64,000 nucleotides of DNA, taken from NCBI GenBank assembly GCA_002269645.1, contig NIVC01000806.1, forward strand, positions 1 through 64,000, read 5' to 3'. Positions 37,651-47,891 of the stretch are shown one piece after another. Both the position numbers and the translations under genes were made by a program. Within the stretch, counting starts at the first letter, position 1. Every line of letters starts with the position of its first letter. The notes under the pieces were generated by a model. That model was not told the DNA's origin. It saw only the letters and a program-made list of their open reading frames with translations, and searched no databases. The DNA is from Macrostomum lignano. Lineage: Eukaryota.

Positions 37651-38424
37651 GATTTTCACTGAAGTTTTTTATTACGAGTATCCCTTCTTGATTCTCATTT
37701 ATTAATTTTTCCACTCTTCACGTATGTTTGTCACTCCGGAACTTTTACTTCGAGATTGTCACTCTCGCGTATTTTTATTCCAGGTCACTCTCGTGGTTTG
37801 AAGCCAAATGCGATCAGACTGCACTTGTAGCAGTTCAAATTTATATTTGGTCGTTTTTATTGTCAATTTGGCATTACGAATATTATTAGTAAAGACGTAA
37901 TACTCAGACAAACATTCGATTACTTGTATTTGCTCAGGTGACTCAAATCATGTATCACTATTACCGGTACCAGATAATGAATTAAAGTTTTTATATAATT
38001 ATACTTGTCAATAAATTGAAAATCTGTGAAGTTGCTTTCATCGTAAAAAATCAATCCTCGTAAAAATTTAATACCTTTTTTTTCTCAGGTTCTTTATATT
38101 TTATTAAATTATTATCGGTTAATGCGTTGCAGACTACTAGGCATCTATGTGATGGTATGCTGCTTCAAATTGAAAGTGCAGTTGCCGTGACTCTTGAAGC
38201 AGTTGTTGGCAAACTTGGCTTATATCTGCATGCCAAAGCAGAGGACAGGAGAGGGGAGAGAGCTGGTCACAACCTGAAGCACATGTGCATATAGCCTGAA
38301 GCTTAGCCCTAAGTCCACTTGCACGCGACTATTTTCTCGCCATAAACTCTTCAAGGCCAACTCGACCGCCACCGCCGCCAACTCCGAGTCGGATTTTGTC
38401 CCTTCGCCAGCTCTCCGCCTAGCC

Positions 38425-38850
38425 ATGTGGACTCTCGAGTCTGTGTGCTCACAGCTGTCAGACGCGTCAGACAGGCGCGACAACAATGACGTCACCCTGA
38501 CTGACGAGCACCTGGAACGGCTGGCCTATCATTTCGGCGCCAATTTGCTGACATCGGCACTCGAGCTAGTCGACTCGGCGGTGAAGTCGTCATCAACAAT
38601 GACTCTGATTAGCGCGGCACAATCTGGTCGATGGTTGCACCGGATTTCTGGCAGCTCAGGTGCGGTTTATTACTGCCTGATGGAGCGCCATTATTGCGCC
38701 TGCCCGGCGCACAGACTGGGCGTTGTACGCCGCGCCGAGGCGCCGATGTGTAAGCACGCGCTGGCGCTCCGCCTGGCCGATGCGTTGCGCCTAATTGGCT
38801 CCGAGACCGTTGATGAAGATCAGTTTGATGAGATGCTCAAGCACATGTGA
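38425..38850 (+). CDS. ZSWIM7: SWIM zinc-finger protein ZSWIM7/SWS1 (Shu complex), single coding exon
   Basis: HFGANLLTSALELVD...ISGSSGAVYYC...HYCACPAH...MCKHALALRLA: CxC-x17-CxH SWIM motif in a 141-aa protein. Confidence 0.88.
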   Translation: MWTLESVCSQLSDASDRRDNNDVTLTDEHLERLAYHFGANLLTSALELVDSAVKSSSTMTLISAAQSGRWLHRISGSSGAVYYCLMERHYCACPAHRLGVVRRAEAPMCKHALALRLADALRLIGSETVDEDQFDEMLKHM

Positions 38851-38929
38851 TGGCAATTCCTCTCTGCTTTGCATTTTCTTCATTTATTGCTCATTATGCT
38901 GCTCATGTGTTAACCTTCCTTGTTCTGCC

Positions 38930-39495
38930 TATTTTTGTTCTTTGTTTTCCTTCTGTTGCCCCTCTCTGTCTCCTCTCCTCCCCCTCTATTTCCCTTATTT
39001 TCCCATCTCTTTTACTTTTCGTTTTCCCCCTCTTTTTCCCCTCTAAATTCCCCTCTCTCCCCTCACTCCCCTCTTTTTCCCCTCTCTTTACCCTCTCTTT
39101 TCCCGCTCTTTCCCTCTCTTTCCCCTCTCTCCCCTCTTTTTCCCCTCTCTTTACCCTCTCTTTTCCCTCTCTTTCCCCGCTCTTTCCCTCTCTTTCCCCT
39201 CTCTCCCCTCTTTTTCCCCTCTCTTTCCCCTCTCTTTCACCTTTCTCCCCTCTCTCCCCTCTTTACCCCTCTCTCCAATCTCTCACTCTTTCCCCCTCTC
39301 TTTACCCTCTCTTTCCCCTCTCTTTCCCCTCTCTTTCCCCTCTCTCCCCTCTTTTTCCCCCCTCTTTCCCCTCTCTTTCACCTTTCTCCCCTCTCTCCCC
39401 TCTTTACCCCTCTCTCCAATCTCTCACTCTTTCCCCCTCTCTTTACCCTCTCTTTCCCCTCTCTTTCCTCGCTCTTTCCCCTCTCTTTCCCCTTT
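38930..39495. repeat. CT-rich low-complexity tract, interrupted by gypsy element 2 and continuing at 43885-44090
   Basis: Direct reading; internal duplications. Confidence 0.9.
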
Positions 39496-39749
39496 TGTTG
39501 TATCGTGACTTGACTTGAAGTGCGCAGTGTGGGGCTGCACCCCAATTGTTATTGGCGCTGAGTTTAGGACTGCTTGCTCTCTCCCCGCCTGCTCTGTCTG
39601 TCAATGTACGCTTATGCCTAACCGTCTAATCTATTAGCTGATGCTTTACTCGTATCTGCATGTACATCTATGTGCAATGCCAACTACAATAAATAACAAC
39701 CTCTCGCCCATTTGCGGCTCAAGTTTGGCTAGCCAGCCACGACACGACA

Positions 39750-40580
39750 ATGGCGTCGCAAGCAGCCAGTGAATTACCTCTCAATGATCCAGCCATGGCT
39801 GAGGCCTGGCTGCAAAGTTTTGAAGCACTGTGCAGGCACAAAAAACTGCGAGATACAAACGAAGAGAAGCAGGTGACAGACCTCTTCCTTGCTCGAGCAG
39901 GAATCAATGCAGTCCGATCCGTCTCTATCATGGCAAAGCCGAAAAACATTGAGGATATGACCTTCAAGGACATCAAGAAAATGATCATCGGGCGACTCCA
40001 GCCCAAAAAGAAACTGGTGATTGCAGAGCGCACAAGGTTCATGTCCCAGCGGCAGCTGTCAACAGAGTCGGCCCAGCAGTTCGCGGAGCGCTTGAGAGAC
40101 GCGGCAAAGCACTGTGAGTTTGACAAGCTCAACGAAAAAGACTGCAAACAGTCAGCCGAGGATGACTTGATCCAAACACTGCTGATCAGCGGCTTGTGCG
40201 ACCACAGCCAGCGGACTAAAACACTTGAGCACATTCAGAGCTCTGAGAATCCAGTGACTCTGGACACGTGTCTGCAGTACATCCAGCAGTTAGAGCTCAT
40301 CCAGAGCTACAGCTCAAGCGACCGATCTGCTGAAGCCCGAGAGCCTAGCAGAAGCTCCGAGACGGCTGAGAGTTCGACACCAGTTGCCAGCATCGACAGG
40401 AACCGCAATAGCGGTGCTCAGTGCAGGTCGTGTGGTCTGCAGCACCAGCCAGGCAAATGCCCTGCATTCGGGAAGACCTGTAACAAGTGCCACCGCAGGA
40501 ACCACTTTGCTGCAGTCTGCAGGAGCAGCGCCAAGTCCAAGTCGGTTGCACCTGCCCATGAAATCGACACGAGTGAGTGA
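39750..40580 (+). CDS. Gag of gypsy element 2
   Basis: 276 aa; ERTRFMSQRQ...FAERLRDAAKHCEF and CCHC knuckles (CRSCG..H..GKC; CNKCHRRNHFAAVC). Confidence 0.92.
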   Translation: MASQAASELPLNDPAMAEAWLQSFEALCRHKKLRDTNEEKQVTDLFLARAGINAVRSVSIMAKPKNIEDMTFKDIKKMIIGRLQPKKKLVIAERTRFMSQRQLSTESAQQFAERLRDAAKHCEFDKLNEKDCKQSAEDDLIQTLLISGLCDHSQRTKTLEHIQSSENPVTLDTCLQYIQQLELIQSYSSSDRSAEAREPSRSSETAESSTPVASIDRNRNSGAQCRSCGLQHQPGKCPAFGKTCNKCHRRNHFAAVCRSSAKSKSVAPAHEIDTSE

Positions 40581-43500
40581 GCAGGCAGGCATCTACACCA
40601 TCGTCGGCAACGAGAGCGGAAGCGGCAGCATAAAAACTGTGCTCATTGAAGGCAAGCCGTTCAAAATGCAGCTCGACTCTGGATCCGGTGCGAGCATCAT
40701 TCCGATAAACTTCTGGAGGAGCCTCGGTGAGCCCAAGCTACGAAAGTCCAAGCTGAGACTGCGACAATTTGACGGAACGGTCATCAGAACTAGAGGATGC
40801 TTCACGGCGCTCATCGAAGTCGGGAGACAAATCGCCTGTGCGGACGTGACGGTCACCGAATGCACAAAGGAGCACGGCCTCATCGGAACAGACGTGCTGG
40901 ACTTCAAGCTGGACACAGCGACTGTCAATCAAGTGGAGCGCAGCAGCAAACCGCTAGGCAAGCTCAAAGGTTTCCGTGCTCGGGTCCTGCTCAGGGAGAA
41001 CGCTCAGCCCAGCTTCTTCGATGCCCGGCCGCTCCCGATTCATCTCAAGCCGCTGGTGGTGGCTAAGCTGCGGACGATGATCGACGCCGGGATCCTCGAG
41101 CCCGTGCCGCCAGGCGGCAGCAGTTGGGCGTCGCCCATTGTGGTGGTGCGCAAGGCCGACGGAGACCTGAGAATCTGCTCCGACTACAAGGTCGGGGTGA
41201 ACCCGAAGATCTGCTCTGACGCCTACCCACTGCCCAACATCGAGCAAGCCTTCAGTGCCCTGGCAGGTATGAAGCACTTCGCAATTGTAGACTTAACAAA
41301 TGCCTACAACCAGATTGAGCTAGACGAGGCCTCCAGAGAAATACTCACCATCAACACGCCCCTAGGCCTGCTCAGATGGACGCGCATGCCATACGGGGTG
41401 AAGACGGCCAGTGCGCAGTTCCAGGCTGCCATGGAGGCAACGGTCGGCGGTGCGGTCAGCAACCTGGTGATCTACCAAGACGACATGTGCGTTGGCGCCA
41501 CCACAGCGGACGAATTGGACAGCAAAGTCCGGGACCTGCTGAGAGCGCTTTCTGATGCCGGCATGTCAATCAACGAAAAAAAGTGCGTTTTCCGCAGCAC
41601 GGAAATCAGTTTCCTTGGCTACCGCATCGCGGCTGACGGCGTGCGCCCTGATCGGAAGCTGGTGGAGAAAATCCTCGGCGTGAGCACCCCGGCGAGCAAA
41701 AAGGAACTCGAATCGTTTCTGGGAATGACGGTGTACTACTCGCGCTACATCAAGTCCTACTCGGAGAAGACCGAGCCGCTGACCGAGCTGCGGAGCAAGA
41801 AAGTCGCGTTCCATTGGGGACCTCGGCAGCAGAAAGCGTTTGACGAGCTCAAGCAGGCGCTTGCAGCTTCCCCAGTGGTCCGAATCTTCGATGCAAGAAA
41901 GCGCACAACTCTGACTACTGACGCCAGCGAAAAGGCCATAGCAGCAATCCTCTCTCAGGACGAGCACCCAGTGATGTACCTGTCAAGACGGCTGACACCG
42001 GCTGAGAGAAATTACTCGAATATCGAGCGGGAGGCCCTGGCTGTGGTGTGGGCCACTCAGAGAGCCAGACACTTTCTTCTCGGCAGCAAGTTTGTGCTCC
42101 AGTGCGATCATCAACCATTGGAGTTCATTTTTAGTCCGTCTCGGGAGCTTCCAAAGGTCACATCGGCTAGGATAATGCGCTGGGCGTTGCAGCTGTCGGC
42201 CTTCGACTACGAAATCTCGTACATCAAGGGCAGCTGCATCCCGCATGTCGACGCGCTGTCTCGAATTGAATTCAAGGAGGAAGGCGATGGAGACGACTGC
42301 CAGGAAAGCTTCGTTCACTGGACAGAGACGGAGGTGCTCAAGCTGGAGCAGATCAGAGACGCCACTGACAATGACCCGGTACTCGCCAGCGTCAAGCGCA
42401 GGATCCGCAGCAATGCGTGGAACAACTGCTCGGCAGCGGAGCGACCGTATAAAGCCGTCCGCCAGCAGCTCTCAGTGGAGAATGGCGTCGTCTGCCTGAG
42501 AGACCTGGTGGTCCCGCCTAGCCGGCTGCGGCAAGACGTGCTGCGAGCGGCTCACGGCGACTCGCACTGCGGTGCCCTAGCGACAAGAAATCGACTCAAG
42601 CTGGAAGCCTGGTGGCCGGGTCACTGCGAGGACGTCGAAAACTTCGTCAAGCAATGCCAGCGATGCGCGGAGATCCGTCCAATGCCTGCCAGAACGTGCC
42701 ACACCTGGCCGGCTGAAGATGGTCCCTGGAGACGTGTGCACATGGACCATGCTCACGTTCCCGGCTTCGGCCTGCTGCTCATTGTGGTGGACGCCTTCTC
42801 CGGCTGGCCGGAAGCGGTGCCTGTTGCCGACAAGAGCGCGACGACGGTCATCAAGGTACTCCGCCTGATTTTCTCCCGCCTGGGTGTGCCGCATACCTTG
42901 GTGGCGGACAATGCTCCGGAGTTCCGTGACCAGCAGCTGCACGAGTGGCTCAAGAAGATCGGCTGCTCGCCGATGCACTCGCCGCCGTATCATCCGCAGT
43001 CAAACGGGTGCGCCGAGCGCATGGTCCAGACCGTCAAGAAGGGGCTGCGGGCCTTCGCCGTGCACCAGGGCCGGTTCGACGCGTACCTCGCCAAGCTGCT
43101 GCTTAACTACCGGGCCACTCCGCGGGGCGACGGGCGTGGCAGTCCATCTGCGCTTATGGGGCGACAGCTGCGAAGTCCGCTGACCCTCCAATTCGACACC
43201 GATGCGCCGCTCGTCTACCGGTCGCGACCGGGGGGGCCGGCTGAGACCGTCCGCTTTGTGGTACAGGCCGGCCACAACACGGCCGTGGTCACCCGGGACA
43301 AGGATGACAGGCCTGTGCTGGCACACCGGGATCAGCTGCGCTTGCGTCCGAGTCCAAGCCGGGCGGAAGTTACGGACAACACTGACGACAGCGGCCGGGA
43401 CCCTGACGATGCCGGCCGGAGCCCTGACGACGGCGACCGGAACCCTGACGAAGGCGGCCGGAACCCTGACGAAGGCGGCCGGAACCCGGAACCTGATAGC

Positions 43501-43617
43501 CAGCGGCCAGACGCAGCGGCACCACCGCAGCAGGCCGCTGAAGCTACACCGGAGCCCCGACGAAGCTGCAGGTCGACCAAAGGGGTCGCCCCAGACCGAC
43601 TGTCTCCTCGTTGGTGA
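40384..43617 (+). CDS. Pol of gypsy element 2 (PR-RT-RNaseH-IN); the real coding part probably begins near 40580
   Basis: Protease QLDSGSGASII, RT WASPIVVV/CSDY/YQDD, RNase H TTDAS...EREAL...CDH, integrase H-C zinc motif and D-D-E (HMDH, ADNAPEF, NGCAERMVQ). Five 21-nt repeats (DDSGRDP-like) lie in the C-terminal tail. Confidence 0.95.
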   Translation: MPASTGTAIAVLSAGRVVCSTSQANALHSGRPVTSATAGTTLLQSAGAAPSPSRLHLPMKSTRVSEQAGIYTIVGNESGSGSIKTVLIEGKPFKMQLDSGSGASIIPINFWRSLGEPKLRKSKLRLRQFDGTVIRTRGCFTALIEVGRQIACADVTVTECTKEHGLIGTDVLDFKLDTATVNQVERSSKPLGKLKGFRARVLLRENAQPSFFDARPLPIHLKPLVVAKLRTMIDAGILEPVPPGGSSWASPIVVVRKADGDLRICSDYKVGVNPKICSDAYPLPNIEQAFSALAGMKHFAIVDLTNAYNQIELDEASREILTINTPLGLLRWTRMPYGVKTASAQFQAAMEATVGGAVSNLVIYQDDMCVGATTADELDSKVRDLLRALSDAGMSINEKKCVFRSTEISFLGYRIAADGVRPDRKLVEKILGVSTPASKKELESFLGMTVYYSRYIKSYSEKTEPLTELRSKKVAFHWGPRQQKAFDELKQALAASPVVRIFDARKRTTLTTDASEKAIAAILSQDEHPVMYLSRRLTPAERNYSNIEREALAVVWATQRARHFLLGSKFVLQCDHQPLEFIFSPSRELPKVTSARIMRWALQLSAFDYEISYIKGSCIPHVDALSRIEFKEEGDGDDCQESFVHWTETEVLKLEQIRDATDNDPVLASVKRRIRSNAWNNCSAAERPYKAVRQQLSVENGVVCLRDLVVPPSRLRQDVLRAAHGDSHCGALATRNRLKLEAWWPGHCEDVENFVKQCQRCAEIRPMPARTCHTWPAEDGPWRRVHMDHAHVPGFGLLLIVVDAFSGWPEAVPVADKSATTVIKVLRLIFSRLGVPHTLVADNAPEFRDQQLHEWLKKIGCSPMHSPPYHPQSNGCAERMVQTVKKGLRAFAVHQGRFDAYLAKLLLNYRATPRGDGRGSPSALMGRQLRSPLTLQFDTDAPLVYRSRPGGPAETVRFVVQAGHNTAVVTRDKDDRPVLAHRDQLRLRPSPSRAEVTDNTDDSGRDPDDAGRSPDDGDRNPDEGGRNPDEGGRNPEPDSQRPDAAAPPQQAAEATPEPRRSCRSTKGVAPDRLSPRW

Positions 43618-44480
43618 TGAGGGGATGTTGTATCGTGACTTGACTTGAAGTGCGCAGTGTGGGGCTGCACCCCAATTGTTATTGGCGCTGAGTTTAGGAC
43701 TGCTTGCTCTCTCCCCGCCTGCTCTGTCTGTCAATGTACGCTTATGCCTAACCGTCTAATCTATTAGCTGATGCTTTACTCGTATCTGCATGTACATCTA
43801 TGTGCAATGCCAACTACAATAAATAACAACCTCTCGCCCATTTGCGGCTCAAGTTTGGCTAGCCAGCCACGACACGACACCTTTCTTTCACCTTTCTCCC
43901 CTCTCTCCCCTCTCTCTCGCCTCTACCCCTCTCTCTAATCTCTCACTCTTTCCCTCCTCTTTCCCCCTCTCTTTACCCTCTCTTTTCCCTCTCTTTCCCC
44001 TCTCTTTCACCTTTCTCCCCTCTCTCCCCTCTTTACCCCTCTCTTTACCCTCTCGTTTCCCCTTTTTCCTTCCCCCTTCTTTATCCTCTCCTCTCTCCCA
44101 TCTACCCCGTTTGCCAATGCTTTCCAATTCTTCCAAGTCTGTATCAATCTTCATTCCATTTCTTAATTATGCTTTAAAATTAAAAAAAAGTTGTTGGACA
44201 TTTTTGTCTGCTTACACATAATAACAATCTTTAGCATCGCATTGTGTCATAGTTAAGCATTTGCTGTAAATCAGAGTTACTAGGGTGCAATAACTAATTT
44301 TTTCAGCAACAACAAAAAATAAACTAAATTTTTTGTTTAGGTTTGTAATTGTTTGTTTGTCTTTATTTATTCAGTTTTTAGCCAAACAACAGTGGTTAAC
44401 GTCAGCAAATGTACTCGAAGTAGTAAAATGATATTTAGTACTTTGAATCTGCATTTCAGGTAAATATGTGCACCTGACAC

Positions 44481-47400
44481 ATGCCATTGCTGTTAATTGT
44501 TAAGTCTGCAGAGGATCCCCTTGATGATCCCTATCTGCAGGTAACTTTTTGTCTTCCTCTGTCACCCTCTGCAATCCGTCAGTTTCTCCCTCTGTCACCA
44601 TCTGCCATCTCAGTTTCTCCCTCTGTCACCCTCTGCAATCTGTCAGTTTCTCCCTCTGTCACCATCTGCCATCTCAGTTTCTCACTCTGTCACCCTCTGC
44701 AATCTGTCAGTTTCTCCCTCTGTCACCCTCTGCAATCTGTCAGTTTCTCCCTCTGTCACCCTCTGCAATCTGTCAGTTTCTCTCTCTGTTACCCTCTGCA
44801 ATCTGTCAGTTTCTCCCTCTGTCACCCTCTGCAATCTGTCAGTTTCTCCCTCTGTCACCATCTGCAATCTGTCAGTTTCTCCCTCTGTCACCCTCTGCAA
44901 TCTGTCAGTTTCTCCCTCTGTCACCCTCTGCAATCTGTCAGTTTCTCTCTCTGTTACCCTCTGCAATCTGTCAGTTTCTCCCTCTGTTACCCTCTGCAAT
45001 CTGTCAGTTTCTCTCTCTGTTACCCTCTGCAATCTGTCAGTTTCTCCCTCTGTTACCCTCTGCAATCTGTCAGTTTCTCCCTCTGTCACCCTCTGCAATC
45101 TGTCAGTTTCTCCCTCTGTCACCCTCTGCAATCTGTCAGTTTCTCCCTCTGTCACCCTCTGCAATCTGTCAGTTTCTCCCTCTGTTACCCTCTGCAATCT
45201 GTCAGTTTCTCCCTCTGTCACCCTCTGCAATCTGTCAGTTTCTCCCTCTGTCACCCTCTGCAATCTGTCAGTTTCTCCCTCTGTCACCCTCTGCAATCTG
45301 TCAGTTTCTCCCTCTGTTACCCTCTGCAATCTGTCAGTTTCCGTTATTGCAATTTTACAAACAATTTGCTCTACCCATCAGGCTGTGCAGTCGAACTTCT
45401 CAACCTCCGAGTTCGAACCCGCCGTCCTCAGTCCGCACGAGTTCCTACCGTGCAAACGCAACGACAGCGACGAAACTTCCCGTGATGTCGTTGGCGACTC
45501 CTCAGAGGAGGATTCAAATCTAGCAGTCATTTTCACCAGCAAACGGGCCGTGCAGTTCTTTTCCGCTGTCTGCCGCAGCCCACGCCGCCTCTGCTACGCT
45601 GTGGGCCCTGCCACCGCCCAGGCTGCCGCCAGCGTTGCCGGCTTCGTAGAAGTTCGCGGCGGAGCCGCCTGCGGCAATGCTGACGCTCTGTGCGACTTGG
45701 TTGAGGCTGGTTGGTGCTGGACCTCAGTTGCTGGGCCAGCCTCCCAGATCCTCAGTTGCTGTGCCAGCCTCCCATATCCTCAGTTGCTGGGCCAGCCTCC
45801 CAGATCCTCAGTTGATGGGCCAGCCTCCCAGATCCTCAGTTGCTGGGCCAGCCTCCCATATCCTCAGTTGCTGGGCCAGCCTCCCAGATCCTCAGTTGAT
45901 GGGCCAGCCTCCCAGATCCTCAGTTGCTGGGCCAGCCTCCCAAATCCTCAGTTGCTGGGCCAGCCTCCCAGATCCTCAGTTGCTGGGCCAGCCTCCCAGA
46001 TCCTCAGTTGCTGGGCCAGCCTCCCAGATCCTCAGTCGCTGGGCCAGCCTCCCAGATCCTCAGTTGCTGGGCCAGCCTCCCAGAGTGTCAGTTGCTGGGC
46101 CAGCCTCCCAGAGTGTCAGTTGCTGGGCCAGCCTCCCAGATCCTCAGTTGCTGGGCCAGCCTCCCAGATCCTCAGTTGCTGGGCCAGCCTCCCAGATCCT
46201 CAGTCGCTGGGCCAGCCTCCCAGATCCTCAGTTGCTGGGCCAGCCTCCCAGAGTGTCAGTTGCTGGGCCAGCCTCCCAAATCCTCAGTTGCTGGGCCAGC
46301 CTCCCAGAGTGTCAGTTGCTGGGCCAGCCTCCCAGATCCTCAGTTGCTGGGCCAGCCTCCCAGATCCTCAGTTGCTGGGCCAGCCTCCCAGATCCCCAGT
46401 TGCTGGGCCAGCCTCCCAGAGTGTCAGTTGCTGGGCCAGCCTCCCAGAGTGTCAGTTGCTGGGCCAGCCTCCCAGATCCTCAGTTGCTGGGCCAGCCTCC
46501 CAGATCCTCAGTTGCTGGGCCAGCCTCCCAGATCCTCAGTTGCTGGGCCAGCCTCCCAGATCCCCAGTTGCTGGGCCAGCCTCCCAGAGTGTCAGTTGCT
46601 GGGCCAGCCTCCCAGAGTGTCAGTTGCTGGGCCAGCCTCCCAGATCCTCAGTTGCTGGGCCAGCCTCCCAGATCCTCAGTCGCTGGGCCAGCCTCCCAGA
46701 GTGTCAGTTGCTGGGCCAGCCTCCCAGAGTGTCAGTTGCTGGGCCAGCCTCCCAGAGTGTCAGTTGCTGGGCCAGCCTCCCAGATCCTCAGTTGCTGGGC
46801 CAGCCTCCCAGATCCTCAGTCGCTGGGCCAGCCTCCCAGAGTGTCAGTTGCTGGGCCAGCCTCCCAGAGTGTCAGTTGCTGGGCCAGCCTCCCAGAGTGT
46901 CAGTTGCTGGGCCAGCCTCCCAGAGTGTCAGTTGCTGGGCCAGCCTCCCAGAGTGTCAGTTGCTGGGCCAGCCTCCCAGATCCTCAGTCGCTGGGCCAGC
47001 CTCCCAGAGTGTCAGTTGCTGGGCCAGCCTCCCAGAGTGTCAGTTGCTGGGCCAGCCTCCCAAATCCTCAGTTGCTGGGCCAGCCTCCCAAATCCTCAGT
47101 TGCTGGGCCAGCCTCCCAAATCCTCAGTTGCTGGGCCAGCCTCCCAGAACTAAATCGTGGGTAATTTTGTGCCCATAAACCCAATCAAAGCAGTATGAAT
47201 AAAGTGCAATCTTTGCAGAGCTGCAACCTGAGGTTCACAAGCTGCTGTTTCCATGCGGCAGGGTGCGCAAGAGCACGGTGGAGACCCGTCTGGCCAGCTT
47301 CCGCCTCACAGTGATGGAGCTTTACGATGCTGTGGAGAAGAAAGATTTGGGCCGAGAAATCCAGCAAATTGTAAGTGCATTGAAACGCTTGACACTTGTT

Positions 47401-47768
47401 TTATAATTTGTCGGGGTTATTTTTACAAATGGGGTTTTGCTACACCTGTTGAATTGATTCAGGAGCCGCAGCACAAGCAGCTTGTCTTGGCCTTCTTCAG
47501 CCCTAGTTCGGTTTCCATGGTGATGAAGCACCTGTACACGAGCTGTTACGATGATGTAAAGGTAACGAGTAACAATAATGAATATCCGTTTTCAAGCTGT
47601 AAAATTCTTAGAAACTATCAGCTCAAATTTCGATCGTTTTAGCTAATCTCGATTGGTCCGTCAACCAGTCACCGACTCAAGGAGTTGCTGCCGCACAATC
47701 AGTGTTTCGAATGTCGAACACCTTCTGTTGATGCATTTTTACATGCTCTGCGTCTTTGTCGTCAGTAG
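44481..47768 (+). CDS. UROS: Uroporphyrinogen-III synthase (HemD), 5 exons
   Basis: Exons 44481-44540, 45382-45709, 47219-47370, 47463-47561 and 47643-47768, phase-compatible. Motifs DPY, VIFTSKRAV, YAVGPATA, GNADAL, LLFPCG, AFFSPS and SIGPST. Confidence 0.9.
44545..45340. repeat. 33-bp tandem repeat filling UROS intron 1
   Basis: (CTCTGTCACCCTCTGCAATCTGTCAGTTTCTCC)n. Confidence 0.95.
45720..47150. repeat. 28-bp tandem repeat filling UROS intron 2
   Basis: (CAGTTGCTGGGCCAGCCTCCCAGATCCT)n with GAGTGT variants. Confidence 0.95.
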
Positions 47769-47891
47769 TATATTGGTAACTTGTAATCGAATTAATTCGT
47801 CTAAAATATAAGATTGCGATTTTTCTAACTGCTCTGCTGTTAGTGCAAATACGACTAAACATACTATAAAATATTATAATATCGTTTTTTA

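Larger units (their letters stand above)
39496..43879 (+). mobile_element. Ty3/gypsy LTR retrotransposon 2, near-intact and recent
   Basis: 254-bp LTRs 39496-39749 and 43626-43879 (TG...CA; no differences seen by eye), 5-bp TSD CCTTT (39491-95 / 43880-84), PBS-like TGGCGTCGCA at 39751, PPT GATGAGGGGA before the 3' LTR. Confidence 0.97.

Noticed and set aside
38847-39518. Pro/Leu/Phe/Ser-rich ORFs
   Set aside because: CT-rich low-complexity DNA.
44481-47178. Long ORFs 44481-45485, 44549-45523, 45385-47178, 45677-47164 and 45924-47153
   Set aside because: These are stop-free readthrough of intronic 33-bp and 28-bp satellites. Only the UROS exon parts are real.
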